Assembly (NCBI GenBank): GCA_000182565.2
Contig: KQ257450.1
Length of the DNA stretch: 64,000 bases
Source of the DNA: Spizellomyces punctatus DAOM BR117
Lineage: Eukaryota
Reading direction: 5' to 3' (one strand)
The translations under genes and the position numbers were made by a program. Below, piece after piece: positions 35,610 through 48,636 of this stretch. The stretch's first letter is position 1. Every line of letters begins with the position of its first letter. The notes beneath the pieces were generated by a model that saw only the letters and a program-made list of their open reading frames with translations, was not told where the DNA came from and did no database searches.

Positions 35610-36851
35610 ATGCCTCATCACGCACATCCACCAGCGTTGTTAGACAGATACACTCTTGAAGATGTTTTGAAGGACAAACCAGCCGAAAAGCTGGTGCAAG
35701 TACACGCCGACGCCAGTGCACTGGACGCTTTGACCTTGATGAAAAATCATCATATTTTGGGTATGCTGAACCATGAAATACTGTCTGGATCATTGACTGA
35801 GCAACATCCCACAGCTGTACCTGTTTATGGAGAAAAGGGTCGGTGGTTAGGGGCCGGAGGAACGGAGGCTTTCGCTGGCTCGCGGCAATACATTGGTGTC
35901 GTCAGCGTACGTATTTCACGTCATCATGTCCACCAACCATTGTCTGCTGTCAAGAAAGCTCATGCAATCTAGCAGATTCTGGATATTGTAGATTTCATTA
36001 CAACCCTTCTTCCCGATGACTTGGGGGCTCCACTTCCGTCTCATGCGACAACGGGTCCGCATCCAGACCTCTCTCACATTCGCGTGATGGATCTCATTGG
36101 TGAAACCCTCGAGAGTCGTTCTCTTTGGGTCGCACGTCCGGATGTCCCTTTGCGGCGGTCGGTGGAACCTATGGGACGAGGCGTGCACCGGTTACTTGTG
36201 CCGACGCGACCCGATAGTGCCGATGCCGCACTAGGAGCACATGGTCCAGCTTCCATTGCACTTGAAGCTGGTCCAGATACAATGTCGAATGAGTTTAGAA
36301 TCGTCACACAGACGGACGTAATTCGATTCCTGCTGCATCGGTTGAATGAAGACCCAGAGTTAGCAAAGATCTGCTCAGCAAGCTTGGAGCGTCTTGGGCT
36401 GGCGGACCAGTCAAACTCTGTCATTATAACAGCCGACATATCTGCCCCTCTTTCTACCATTATCAAGCAAATGACGCTGCACAACTTGAATGCTATTCCC
36501 GTCACCAACTCTCATCTCAACGGCACAGTGGTCGCGACACTTTCCGTATCTGATCTCCGTCCATTTCTCATATCCGAAACAGATCTTGTCGATATTGTTA
36601 GAGATTTAAGACGACTGACTGTAGGAGAATTTTTAAGAAGGGTCAAGGGAGACTGGTCTGGGGAAGTTGGTGGTGAGAAGACTGGTGTGAAATGCAGAGC
36701 GGAAGCATCGCTACGAAGCGTGATGGAATTAGGCGTTGAAAAGGCTGTGCACAGAGTGTGGGTTGTGGACAGGGAGGGGGTTCCTATCGGTGTTGTGACA
36801 TTTACGGATGTGATCAGATTGGTAGAAGCTGAGGTTTTGGCGAGAAGTTGA
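35610..36851 (+). CDS. CBS-domain protein (SNF4/AMPK-gamma-like repeats)
   Basis: Repeated CBS signatures: HHILAVPV, GVHRLLV, IVTQTDVIRFL, LNAIPV...TLSVSDLR, VHRVWVVD...GVVTFTDVI. Confidence 0.88.
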
Positions 36852-36983
36852 AGAGCGGGGATCCATTTTGCTTATGTAACAACCTTTCAAGTGAATAAAT
36901 GCATTTAACCCGATTGCAATGTAAATCTGGTCATTTACGAACTTGCAGCACGCAGCTGATTCTGGACGTTGACGAGTAACAAA

Positions 36984-38873
36984 ATGGGCAAGAATACGGA
37001 CAAGCTATATGTAACCCACTCGGAGCACGCCGCGGGGCCGGGGTATGTAGAGAACTATTTTGTTGTCAACTCGGAAAAGCTGATTAAACTCTGGGTTTTA
37101 GAGGTGCCAAGCGAAGAACGGGATCTGAGTTCAAAAGGTTGCCCTTTTACTGCTGTTCTCTTTCCTTGCAGCCCTTCGAACATCCGGTATGCACAAAGGA
37201 CGGGATGGTGTTTGATCTCATGTAGGTATGAGTGTCTGTGCGGCTGAAAAACAGCCAACTGGTCTGCGTGAAACCAAATACTTAAAATTCCTACCCTTCA
37301 GGAATATCATTCCTTTCCTGAAAAAGTTCAACAATAAGAACCCAGTAAACGGAGAGACCCTCATGCCAAAAGACCTTCTCAAACTACACTTTCACAAAAA
37401 CGGCGATGGAGAATATTACTGTCCGATAACCTTTAAAGTCTTCAACGAGAACACTCACATTGTTGCCGTTGCTACGTCCGGCAATGTCTACTCGTATGAA
37501 GCCATCGAACGTCTCAACATTCAAACGAAGCACTGGGCTGATCTGCTGACGGATGAGCCTTTCAAGCGTAAAGATATAATCACGATACAAGATCCCCACG
37601 AAATTTCCAAACGAAATATATCAGAATTCTTTTATATTAAGAACGATATGAAAGTGGAAGATGAGGAGGCCAAAAAGCTTGAAAAGGAAATTGGTTTCAA
37701 GATAAATGCTATGGGGGCGACCGATCGGGTGCTGAAAGCCATGCGTAAAAAGGACTCCGAAGCGGCTGGAACCCTGACGTCGTCAGCAACGTCAAGCGCG
37801 ACTGAATCAGTCACCCCGTCATTTGTCTCCAAGGAAAAGAAGGCATACAATGCAGCGCATTACTCTACCGGTGTTGCAGCTGCATCGTTCACATCAACTG
37901 CTGTACCGGTCGAGACGAAAAATGCAGCTGCGATCATTGATGAAGAGGAGTATATGTTTCAAAGGATCAAAGAGAAGGGGTACGCGCAAGTCCGCACGAA
38001 TCTGGGCAACGTCAACTTGGAACTTTATTGCGGGGACACTCCGCGCACAGCGTATAATTTCATTCAATTGGCGAAGAAGGGTGCGTTCATGACTTGTTAA
38101 ATGTGTCAGCAACCTGTCAGGTGTTGAGCCGCATTTGTTTAGGATATTACAAAAATACTAGTTTTCATCGGTCCGTTAAGAACTTTATGATTCAAGGTGG
38201 AGACCCAACTGGGACCGGACGAGGAGGCGAATCCTTCTGGGGTAAACCCTTCAACGATGAATTCAAAGCCAACTTGACGCACACTGGGAGAGGCGTTTTG
38301 TCCATGGCAAACAAGGGCAAGAACACGAACACTTCACAGTTGTAAGTGCTGGTTGTTGCATTACATGCATGTTTAATGACTAATGAATGAACCTATATTG
38401 GTTGAAGCTTTATCACTTATCGATCGTGCCAACATCTCGATTACAAGCACACCGTTTTTGGGAAAGTGGTCGGAGGAATGGATGTTTTGACGAAAATGGA
38501 ATCTATCGAAACCGACGATGGGGACAAACCAAAGGTAATATGGTCATACCCACGTCGTAAAATATGCGCGTATGTTTAACCTTCCTTGCAGCAAGATATT
38601 CGCATAATCGACATTGAAGTGTTTGTTGACCCATTCGAGACGTTCCGAGAGAGCCTAGCAAAGCAATTGGAAACAGGAGAATCTGGGCCCACGAAAAAGG
38701 GCAAACAAAAGAAAAAGGAAGACGAAAAGAATAGTGGTGGTGGGGGAGGAGTAGGAAAATACTTGAAGAGAGACGTGAATGCGGGCACAATTGACTGGGG
38801 TACGCATGTCGGGGAAGTCAAAAAGAAACAAAAGGTCACAAGTGGAGGTTTTGGTGATTTCAGTTCTTGGTGA
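36984..38873 (+). CDS. PPIL2: U-box/cyclophilin peptidyl-prolyl isomerase (PPIL2/Cyp60 family)
   Basis: [74 protein letters not shown]-terminal GFGDFSSW. Confidence 0.95.
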
Positions 38874-39163
38874 ACCGTCATGAATTGGGTTAGAAATTTA
38901 TACATTATCTGTACATACTATGTCTTGTAATTTTATTTATGGGCTTTGCAGAACTCGATATAAACCTGCTAAAAAGGATTGCATCCAGGCAGTGTGGCTT
39001 TGCAGTGCTGACGTAACACGTTTCGTCATGATGATCGGTCGAACTGGCTTTGGGTGAAAAGCTCAACTAGCTGCATGTCTTGAGACTATCAAACCTTTCT
39101 ACGCTTCACTTGCCATTACTTGAACTTTACTCTCCCAGAATCCGTCAGTTTACCACCATCACT

Positions 39164-39708
39164 ATGCCCTCGTCTGACTTGATGGAAGCGCTCAAGGTAA
39201 CCAATGTGTGACATCTGTATAGGTCAAGGGAAACCTTTATCTCACCTTTAATCCACACACACACACACACAAGGCATTTGGCCCTATCGACGGCCCCAAT
39301 GCAAGCGACACAGGGCCATGGGACCTGGATGCCACCCGCACCTCCAAACCGGAGGCCGCAGCCCGCCTGCAGCAAACTCTAGCTCAAAACCGGCCCTCGC
39401 CCTATACACATAACCCACAAACACACCCGCCGCGGGACAGTCGTATACAGTATTATGATGCAACGCGCACCACTGATCCCGAAGAGCATCGGAAGATCAT
39501 CTCAGTCGTGGATCCTGGGCGGGATGTGGACACTGGAGTCGGGGCAAGAACTAAGGCAGTCGTAGAGGGTGCGAAGGACGCTGCTAGGGACGGAGTTGAG
39601 AAGGTTAAGAACATTGCTGAGGAAGGGGTAGAGAAGGCTAAGAATATCGCTGGAGGAGTTGTTGACAAGGCCAAGGAAGTTTGGAATGAAGGAAGGAGCA
39701 AGTTGTAG
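39164..39708 (+). CDS. Small hydrophilic LEA-like protein with 11-mer repeats, 2 exons
   Basis: Intron 39197-39273 (contains a CA microsatellite); C-terminal VEGAKDAARDG/VEKVKNIAEEG/VEKAKNIAGGV/VDKAKEVWNEG. Confidence 0.7.
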
Positions 39709-39911
39709 GTTCGGTACTAAATTGTTGTGTGATGTATTGTCTTTTGCAAGATAAAATACATTGCCTATGAGACCGGACTTCCTGTTGAATAGGGCCTTGT
39801 ATTGTGCGTCATTAGAAAGCAAGTATCCGGAAGGTTTTGTGCCACGAACATGTGCGGAAACACATTGCTAATATGTATTCCATCGCGCACAACCTTGCAC
39901 CAAATAATAAC

Positions 39912-42723
39912 CTAAACAAACGGCCGTCGGATCAACCTTCCCTCTGCTAAAATGTCCCTCGTTTCCTTTCTTATCTTCAATGAATACTGTCCAGTTCTTC
40001 CGACCTTCCACGAGGGGAAAGTATTATTTATGCTCGGATTCTGCGCGTCGGTTTCCAAATTAACCTGTTGGATCTTCACGCTTTCCTGTAAGGGTGCACA
40101 CGACTTGGGGCGGGGCGGTGCTGGTTGTCCTGCTCGGAATTTGGTATGAGAGGATCCGAAAGGCGCTAGTGAGGAAGGCGAAGGCTGCGAAGATGTTTGC
40201 CTAAGACAAGAAAGGGAGGATGATACTACTTTCGCAGTCTTTGATGGCTTTGCGAGACATGATAAGGAGGAGGATGCACGAGGTTTCATTGTGTGCGGCT
40301 CTTTAGTCAGATTGGGTAGTACTCTCACTGTTGCGCCTGGTGTCAGCGATCGCAGCATGTCTACTCGCTTCTGGTCGACTGGCTCTAGATGAGTCCAATC
40401 GTGTAATAGCCGTGTTGCATAAGTGGTTGAGTTGAGATAAGGAAGCTGTTGCGCTCGGCAAGCGGGTGGAACGAGACGAATAAAATTTCCTCGACGAGAG
40501 TACTTGAGGGTGCATGCTGCAAGTTAGCTCCGTGTATTGTCTTACATGATAACCTTGTAGTGCATACCTCGTCCTCAGATTCTTGGAGGAGGAGAATATC
40601 TTGCACACTTAGCGGCCCTAATTTCACATGGCGATCCTTTTCCAGTATACTGGACTTGCACCGGGCCTTTTCAAGAGGGAAGCTTGATGGTGACGAGCAG
40701 GAGGAAGCCGACGGACTCCTTCGTCGCTCCCAACTTGATCCACTAAAAGAGTAACATTTTGTTCATCTCAACATCTTAATAAGAAGTTTTACCAACACTT
40801 ACGACTTGTCTGTCATCCCAAACGCACATTTCTCGATATCACACACCCTCACTCCAACCAAGTTCAATATATCCGTCACTACGCTGCTCTTTATCTTCCA
40901 ATCCAAATCACATGAGGCTTTTAGCGATGGAGAAATGTTGACTTCCATTAACCAGGGTTTAAGTGCAGAATCCAGTAGAATGTCAAAACCGAAAAGTTCG
41001 TAGCAGCTGGTCCTACCCCATATGTGTATGTTGAATTCTCTCATTTGTTGCCGAGAAGTGTCCAATCAAGTTTGTGAACTTACCGGCTCTGAGTATACAG
41101 TCTCATGCCACTAGCGTTTGAAGCATGGCCGCAAATAATGGTGTTCACCACAATACGTTGGATTTCTTTGTAGACGGGCACAAAGTCGATGCCAATTAGT
41201 GAGAAATATTCTTGCAGAGCCGAAAAGGACCTTTCGGTACAAGTTTGCCAGTTCGAGCCCTCTTTAGTTCATCGCCTTGTATTCTGGCGTTTTATAAAGC
41301 GGCAACATACCTACCACTTATTTGCGGTAGTACTGAACCTGGGATCGCCCAGAAGATAACTTTGCTCCTCATTTTCCCTTGGGTGGGAAGAGTCTTTTGA
41401 GCGCTTATTGATGCTATAGTTGGTCAGATGTATGAAGCGATTGCTGGCTGATTTTGGTGAGTTGGTATATCTACGAATCAGTGAAGGCATTTGTCAACAC
41501 AATCTCGTAACAAGCAGCATGGTAAAAATGATCGAGAACTGATTCTTTACTTGCCTTTGACCAGCGAACCTTACGATTCCTTCACTAGCAAGATAAACCC
41601 TTAAAGGCTCCCAGGAAGTAACAAGGACATAAAGCCGTATGTCAAATTTCCTCCCGCCAATGAGAAATGGTTTGGTGATGTACTTTGAAATGACCGCTTT
41701 TTTCTTTTTGGGCAGCCTTTTCGGAGTATTGATGACTTTGATGCCGTGACCGCGAGCTGATGCAGGAGGTTTGATGATCCAGAGAGGGTGGATTGAGAAA
41801 GTGCGTAGAAGGGATGGGAGATGCGCCGGAAGGAGATAAGTGTCTGGGATAAAATTGAAGTGCTATTGCGGATTAGCTCAGAAAGGTCTCGTTCGGGAGG
41901 TAAAAAACGGTGTTCATGAAACATAACCAACCTCATGTCCCCACACACCTCGACATTTCACGTAGTTTCCCCATAATTTGTCCTTCCGACCGATCTGGAA
42001 GCTCATCGGGAAGTGGTTTATTTTCTGCCACGACTGAACGCGCTTGAAGCGACATGGAGAGCAGGGATGTTTTCCCCAATATCCAATCCAGTTTTTTCCT
42101 TTCCTAACTAGCGAGAAGTTGGCGCGTAGTAGGGCCGCTAGACAATAGTACGAGATGTGAGCGTCGGTGTTTGATGGACTCTGGCATGCAATACATGACA
42201 AAAACTAACCTCGAACTACTTTGGGCGTGAAGCCGCTGATTTTCCATCGCAGTGCTTCTTGTAACCTGTCCGGCAAAAAGGAGACTGATCACAACCTTTC
42301 GCAAATTCATTCTTTATCCTTGACCGTCGAGTGAAAGCATTTAGCATGGACATTACCTTTCTCCCCAACTGGTGGAAACACCAGTACATCTTCTCCTTGC
42401 GAAAAGAGACTTTTCCGAATGGGATCTCTCGAGATTTCTTTGCGCAGATCAGAACCTAGGAAGTCGAACGCTTGCATGTCCTCATAATCGGCCACGACAG
42501 TGGGAGTGGAGGAAACAGTCAGATCTTCCTCTTCGTCCTCTTCTTCTTCTCCATCTTGGTCAAAGTCATCGTCTTCTTCTAGCTCATTATCATGTTCCAC
42601 GATAGATTCCGAGTCAGAGTCTGTTCCATTGCCAGATAAGTCATCAGCATCATCGTAGTCACAATGAATTTGCTGAACACTCCATTTGGCATCACGCTCG
42701 GATATCCTGACGGGCACGATCAT
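39912..42723 (-). CDS. TTLL4: Tubulin-tyrosine-ligase-like polyglutamylase (TTLL4-like), multi-exon; start uncertain
   Basis: QKINHFPMSFQIGRKD, WIIKPPASARGHGI, KFDIRLYVLVTSWEPLRVY, CYELFGFDILLD...PWLMEVNISPSL. Confidence 0.88.
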
Positions 42724-43270
42724 TTGTACACACACAAATCTTGAACTTCAGATTCAAGAAAATTGCACAGTATAAAGATGTGGTTGGTTTTCGCGATTGC
42801 ATATACGTGGATACTTAGGGCGAAATGGGCGAAAATTGCCCGATCTAAAGAATTGCTTGGGATAGTCCCTTGTCGCTTACGATAGGCGCGAACCTTCCAT
42901 ATACACTCTTTGAAAAGGCAGATGTCGTCTACTCACAGCCCTCATAAAAAGTCATATTGCATATCTCGCTTACAGCGTACCGCATGATGACGATGTTATG
43001 CAAGATAAACGATGGACTTTGTCGATAAGTGATGGGATGGAGGTCGTCGAACCGCCATCTGAATTTATCGAGAAGCACATTCTGGCTATCAGTAATTTCA
43101 GCGCTCTGAAGGCCTTTTCCTAGAAGGAATGACTGCGTAGAGTGCTATCCGCGAAGTAGCTGGGAGCCCTAGGTCGTCGGAGGAGCTTACTTGATCGCTC
43201 GGCACGTGCGCTGCTGCCTTCGTCAGAAGCGCATTTGCAGATTGGAATTTCACTTGGAAAGCTAGTGCCG

Positions 43271-44020
43271 ATGCATCTTCTTTCCCTTCCAGTGGAATTA
43301 CTCCTTCATGTGAGTCTGCAAGAGATTGGCCCTACATTGAGAGCGAATGTTAACCATATTAGATGCGCTTAGATTGCAGAGTATGCGATAGCCAGCGACC
43401 CCACTGCGTTCTTGCATTTAGTTCACGCTAGCCCAAAGACGTTCAAGCTATTTACAGCGGAGCCCTTCATTAGTTTATGGCGCTTTCACGCTGCACATGC
43501 CCTGGGGTGGTCGTCCGCTCAGGATCTCGAGGTCTATCTCAGACAAAGTTTTGACGATAGGTTGGCAATAAATTCCTTCCCGGCGAATGCAAAATCATTG
43601 TGTTGGTGGCGAGTATTTGCCCTTCGCGATCAGCTGTGTCAGTTTTGCTGCTCAAATCTTGAGCTGGTCGCTTGTAAAGCATCTAGAGACGGTGATGTAC
43701 GAAGACACGCGTTGACACGGCTTCTGGGTGATTGGTGGGGGACCGATGGACCTTGTCCTTGCTGCGTTACATCATCTCCAGGCCTCCTAGATATCAATAC
43801 TTGCGGTAGCTGTGGTAGCCAGTACTGCTGGACCTGCGCGGTAGACAGCGCTAAAGTAAAGCACTGCTGCTCCTGTTCGGATAGTTGGGAAAAGTTCTGT
43901 CCTCGATGTTGGTGGTATGTCTTTCCACGGTGTAATCAGTGTGGAGTTCGAGCGTGTAGCTTTTGTGAGACGGACGTTGAGGCCGGGAAGGAATACATTT
44001 GCGCGGACTGCCGAGATTGA
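43271..44020 (+). CDS. F-box protein with a Cys-rich C-terminus, 2 exons
   Basis: Spliced MHLLSLPVELLLH/IAEY F-box start, followed by multiple CxxC pairs. Confidence 0.75.
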
Positions 44021-45419
44021 GACGTGATTGCGAGTTCATGGAACGATGGGTCATGCCGCTCATTAAAGTGTTGGACTTTAACAATCGGCTGTGAGAAATG
44101 TGCATATGCCCTGTAATAATCGTAACAAGAGGACGCACTGAGGGCAATTTGTAGGCACCGGTCGGGTGCTGGGAAAATCAATACTGTACTTATTGTGAGC
44201 TCCCAAGTGACAATCAGCATATGTGCAACAGCCGCGCGCATTGCTGTCTGCAACCATCAAGTTGGTTCTTCCACCTGTCCAGTTGACCATAATGCATCGA
44301 GAACCTTTACAGTAGACTATGCCTATCCTTGGGCAGAGACAAGTAGTGAACTTTGCTGTCTGTGCGTACGATATTTGTTCTTCATCTCGTTGGGGGAGGA
44401 CCGTGGGAAAATCAAGATAAACAAATGACTCGCTTCACGCGTTTACATAATCCGAACTTACGCGCCGTGTGCAAGGGGAACGAACGCACGCCAGGAGGTC
44501 TGCCAGGAGGTGGAAACGACGACGATGATTGGGCGTTCATGGCGTGCTCAGAAGAATGACGTACGCAGGATACGGAATCTTCTGCCGAGAATTCTGAATT
44601 GCAAAAAAAAAGTGCAGTCCCCCAGGGTTATAAAAAGGCACCCTTTCTCGCATCCCCCCACTCGCTCTTCAGTACTCTCGCCTTGGGATGTTGGCGTTAA
44701 ACTCAACTCGGTCGAAAAGTCTTAACCGGAAACTTTAATGGCCGTTGTAGTAATGCAACGTACTACCTCTTTGAGGTGGGCGCCTGGGACTGATCGTTTG
44801 CGCGCGCCAGAAATAGAAGGAGCAACGACTCGCCGGAGCCTTCGGGTGATGATGGCATCCTCTTCGGAGGAAGGGCCTGTGATAAAGGATGAAATAGGAT
44901 GAAAAATGATATGTTGACAAACTACAAAAACCGGCGCGAAACCATATTTGCGGAAACACATCAGGCTAAATGTGGGCATTAGCTTGTGAGCTAGAGGTTT
45001 CTTCCCGATGTCGCAAGGTATAAAGTTCAATCTCCACAGTTACAGCCAGGCCCCAGCCTATCACATCCCATGTCATACCTACCGCGCTGTCCGTGGAGTG
45101 TTGTTTTACATTCATGCAGAAACTCTCTTCCTCTTTCGTTTTCCTGAAATGAGCAACATATATTTGCATGGATATACCCAAAATGTCGTATTGACGGCAA
45201 GCTATTATCGTAAAATACCAGTACTTTTCGTAGATCTGGTCAAGATGTCCAGCGAAGTGTCATGTGACTTGGCATCTCCGAAATGAATTGCACTGCCACC
45301 GGGGAGCGCGCTAGTTGCTTCCAAACGCTTTTACTGCGATTTGCCGATGCACATTCGTGGTGGGCGTATTTCCTGGTGGTCTCTTGGATAATATCGGCAA
45401 TTAGACGTCTGGCTCCATA

Positions 45420-48400
45420 ATGTCTCTGGCGCTGGAGCCAGAACTGCTGGACCAATGGGCAGAGCAGGTTCTCGCCTTTTTCCCTCACGTTGCGAAAAAC
45501 AAGATTCTGGTAGATTTAAGGAAGACTCATAGCCTGGAGTTAACTGTCAACAGAATTGTGGATGGACAGGTACGCTATAATTAGGCCGCAAGGAGGAGGC
45601 CAGATCTTAATTGTATCAGCGTCCCTAGTTTTTGGAAGGAACGTACTTGGACCCCAGCTACGATGTCATCCTTTCCAACGAGCTCTCACCACCACGCTCG
45701 AAGCAACCTGAGATCCGACAAGAACCAGGACTAGAACTAGGCCCACCTATCTTTTCCCGATCTAATACCTTTCCGATCGATTCCCATGCACCGCCTGCTT
45801 TTTCCCGTTCGAGTAGCTTTTCATCCTTGGGCAACGCGTCACGGGCTATCGAGCTAGATTCGCCAGAAAAGACGTCCGATTTTCGAGCTCGTGTTGCAGG
45901 ACGACAACTTCCAGCGTAAACTAGTTCCTTCCATATCTTTTGGATCGGGAATCACCGTGACTCACGACATCTTCTATCAGTCATACCGCCACAGATTTAC
46001 CGCCAGGGAACATTGATGATATCGAAACCGACACTCATGAATTGACGGTGAGTCCGATCAACTATTGCTATGTGAAGTGTAGTTAAACTCCTGCGTTATT
46101 ATGATTAGGATAGCGACTGCGAAGTTATTGACTTGAGTCAAGATACGCTTTCGACGGGCTCGGCATTGGAACAGCTGGATGCCGGTGGCAGTGTTGTCGA
46201 ATCAATTCATCCCCAACCAGTTATCCCGCCAAGTCTTCCTGACCGTAGAATAAAAGTACGTGTTTACCTACTTCCGAACCCATGTAGAGACTGGGCTAAT
46301 ACTACTGATGCAGCTCGACGATCCCGATGACCAAACTGATGATATTGAGGAACTGATAGACCTCAGTCAGAACAGCTTTTCTTCATATCTGGAAACGGAC
46401 CAACTTCATATCGATCGTAGCGACGAGCTAATGAGTAGCCTACGTAAAGGCCGTTCATCCGCGCGACGGCAAATTCCAAGCGCACAGACCCGTCACCATC
46501 TGATAGTATCCAACTCAACGGATTGCTCCGACGAAAAGCGGAAAACATCGAGCATTGGCGTAAAGTCAGCAAGCCATTCAGCTGCTATTATCAATGGGGG
46601 CTCTCAAACTTCTCAGCAAGTCATCGTCACCATTCTATCAGACACAGAGGATGAACTTGAAACATATAGGCCGCCATTCAGGAACCTGGTAAACACCTTC
46701 AAACAATCTAAACCGATACTTTCTGCCGAACGGAAGGCCAGTCATGGTAGGAAGTCAGGGCAGATCTCATGTTTTCTTTCACGATCTGACAACGTTTTCA
46801 AACTCGTAATATCAAGGTCAGCCCAAAAAACATGGATCTCTCAGCTCAAGTAGCTCCCATAACGGGATCACAAATTTCCGCTCAAATCAGGCGGAAAACC
46901 AGAATCAATCTACCGTGAAAACATCGTCGCTGCCCTCATTACGCAACACGGAACCACCCACCCACTCAAAAAGCATGGAAGACACACACTCATCTGAAAG
47001 CCCTACCGTTGGAAGTCAGTCAACATCGAAACGAAAGAAGCCATCTGATAAAAACACTCGGTGCCCCAGGACGGAAGAACGGAACCATGAGGACCATGAC
47101 AAGACAACAGATCAGGTATGAGGAAGGCCAAGTTCACTGTAGAGGAATTGGAAATACAGAACAGTTTATCCTATGCTCTAGAATGAGAAGCCAAATGCAG
47201 CACCAGCAAAAAGGGCAGAGAGGCAACGCGAAAAGGTAAATACCGTGTTCCGCGCCTTAGACATTGGTACTGACATGGATGGTGGTCCAGGAAGAAAGAA
47301 TGAAGCGAAAGAAGGAAGAGGGCGAAGCTCGCAAGGCCATGCGAAATGTCAACACAATCCGATCAAAATCAGATTGCGTAACGGAGATGATTGTGGAAAT
47401 TTCCTGCGATTTTCTTTCTGACGAAGAAAATGCACTATTGCTCGCCACTTTGAGGGAAGCCGGCGCACAGGCGAGCTTGATGTCTCTTCCTATTTCTCGC
47501 TGTTTAAGATGGTCAAGGAAGGTAACCCGAGAGTGGAACGCTGCCGACGAATGCTGGGAGCCCTGCTCGGAGAAGATCGAAAGTGAGCCATTTGTTCTCG
47601 TTAGACTCACCGGGGATCACTTTGCGGAAGTTCTCGCGCGCGCAAATGGATGCATTCTGCCCTATAACCAAACTATTCGTACGGCCCTTCCTGATACTAA
47701 AGTCATATACCTCATGGAAGGCCTGGAGACGTACTACAAACGCAAGAATCGGACCAAGGCTGCCGCGAAGCGTGCAAACGATGAAGAAAATGACGAGCAG
47801 GACAGCGGAAGGAAGAGAAAGCGGAAGCCGGCTTCAGATTCCACACTGCCAACTCCATTGCAAATGGAAGAACAGCTCTTGAAGCTGCAACTTGAGGAAG
47901 AACGCAACGTGTATGTACATTTGTCAAAAAGTCCTAAAGAGACTATCGAGTGGATTGGCAGCTTCACAGATCAGATATCTATGATTCCAGAATTGAGGTA
48001 AAGAGATGCGGTGGCGGTCGCGTGAATATTGTGGGTGGGGCTTATCCAGCTGTGCATTCGACAGACATCGCAGTGAACAAGCATGGCAGCTAAACTTTGG
48101 AGATAAGATCCGATCAGGGGCTGATGACGCCAATACATGGGTAAAGATGCTAGAACAAATCCAAATGTGTACAGAAGCCCGGGCGAAAGCGATCGTCCAA
48201 GTGTACCCGTCATTACAGTCTTTGTATTGCGCGTACGAACGGTGCACATCAGCAACCGAAGCACGGAATCTCCTGGCAAAAATTCAGGTGCTTATTCATC
48301 GTCAATTGATATGGGCCAACCTCGCTACGGAGAGCTTAAGTATAATCTTATCTGTAGGTCAACTCTGGGACTGCTGCGAACCCGAATTTGAGGAATATTG

Positions 48401-48471
48401 GTCCCCAGTTATCTAAACGGGTCTACGCAGCACTCATGGAGGAGGATGCGTCCAAAGTCTTGATGGAGTAG
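45420..48471 (+). CDS. EME1: Crossover-junction endonuclease subunit EME1/MMS4 with an N-terminal CUE-like domain, multi-exon
   Basis: NTIRSKSDCVTEMIVEI, LRWSRKVTREWN, VIYLMEGLETY, MEEQLLKLQL, WVKMLEQI...AKAIVQVYPS, RNIGPQLSKRVY; exon 1 reads VLAFFPHV...DLRKTHSLELTVNRIVDG. Confidence 0.88.
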
Positions 48472-48636
48472 CTAGCTACTCTGGGAGAAATAAGATGTGT
48501 AAAGGAACAAGAATCGTCATGTACATGTATATATTAATCAGTACGCCGCGCCTATTTACAAATAAAAGAGAGGATTGTCTTATCTAAATCACCCATGCCT
48601 TTGCATATTTCCGATTGAAAATAGGCCTGCTTCATA

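Noticed and set aside
44050-45400. Short ORFs or a possible small gene or ncRNA between the F-box gene and EME1
   Set aside because: Could not assemble a consistent spliced ORF or recognise RNA motifs.
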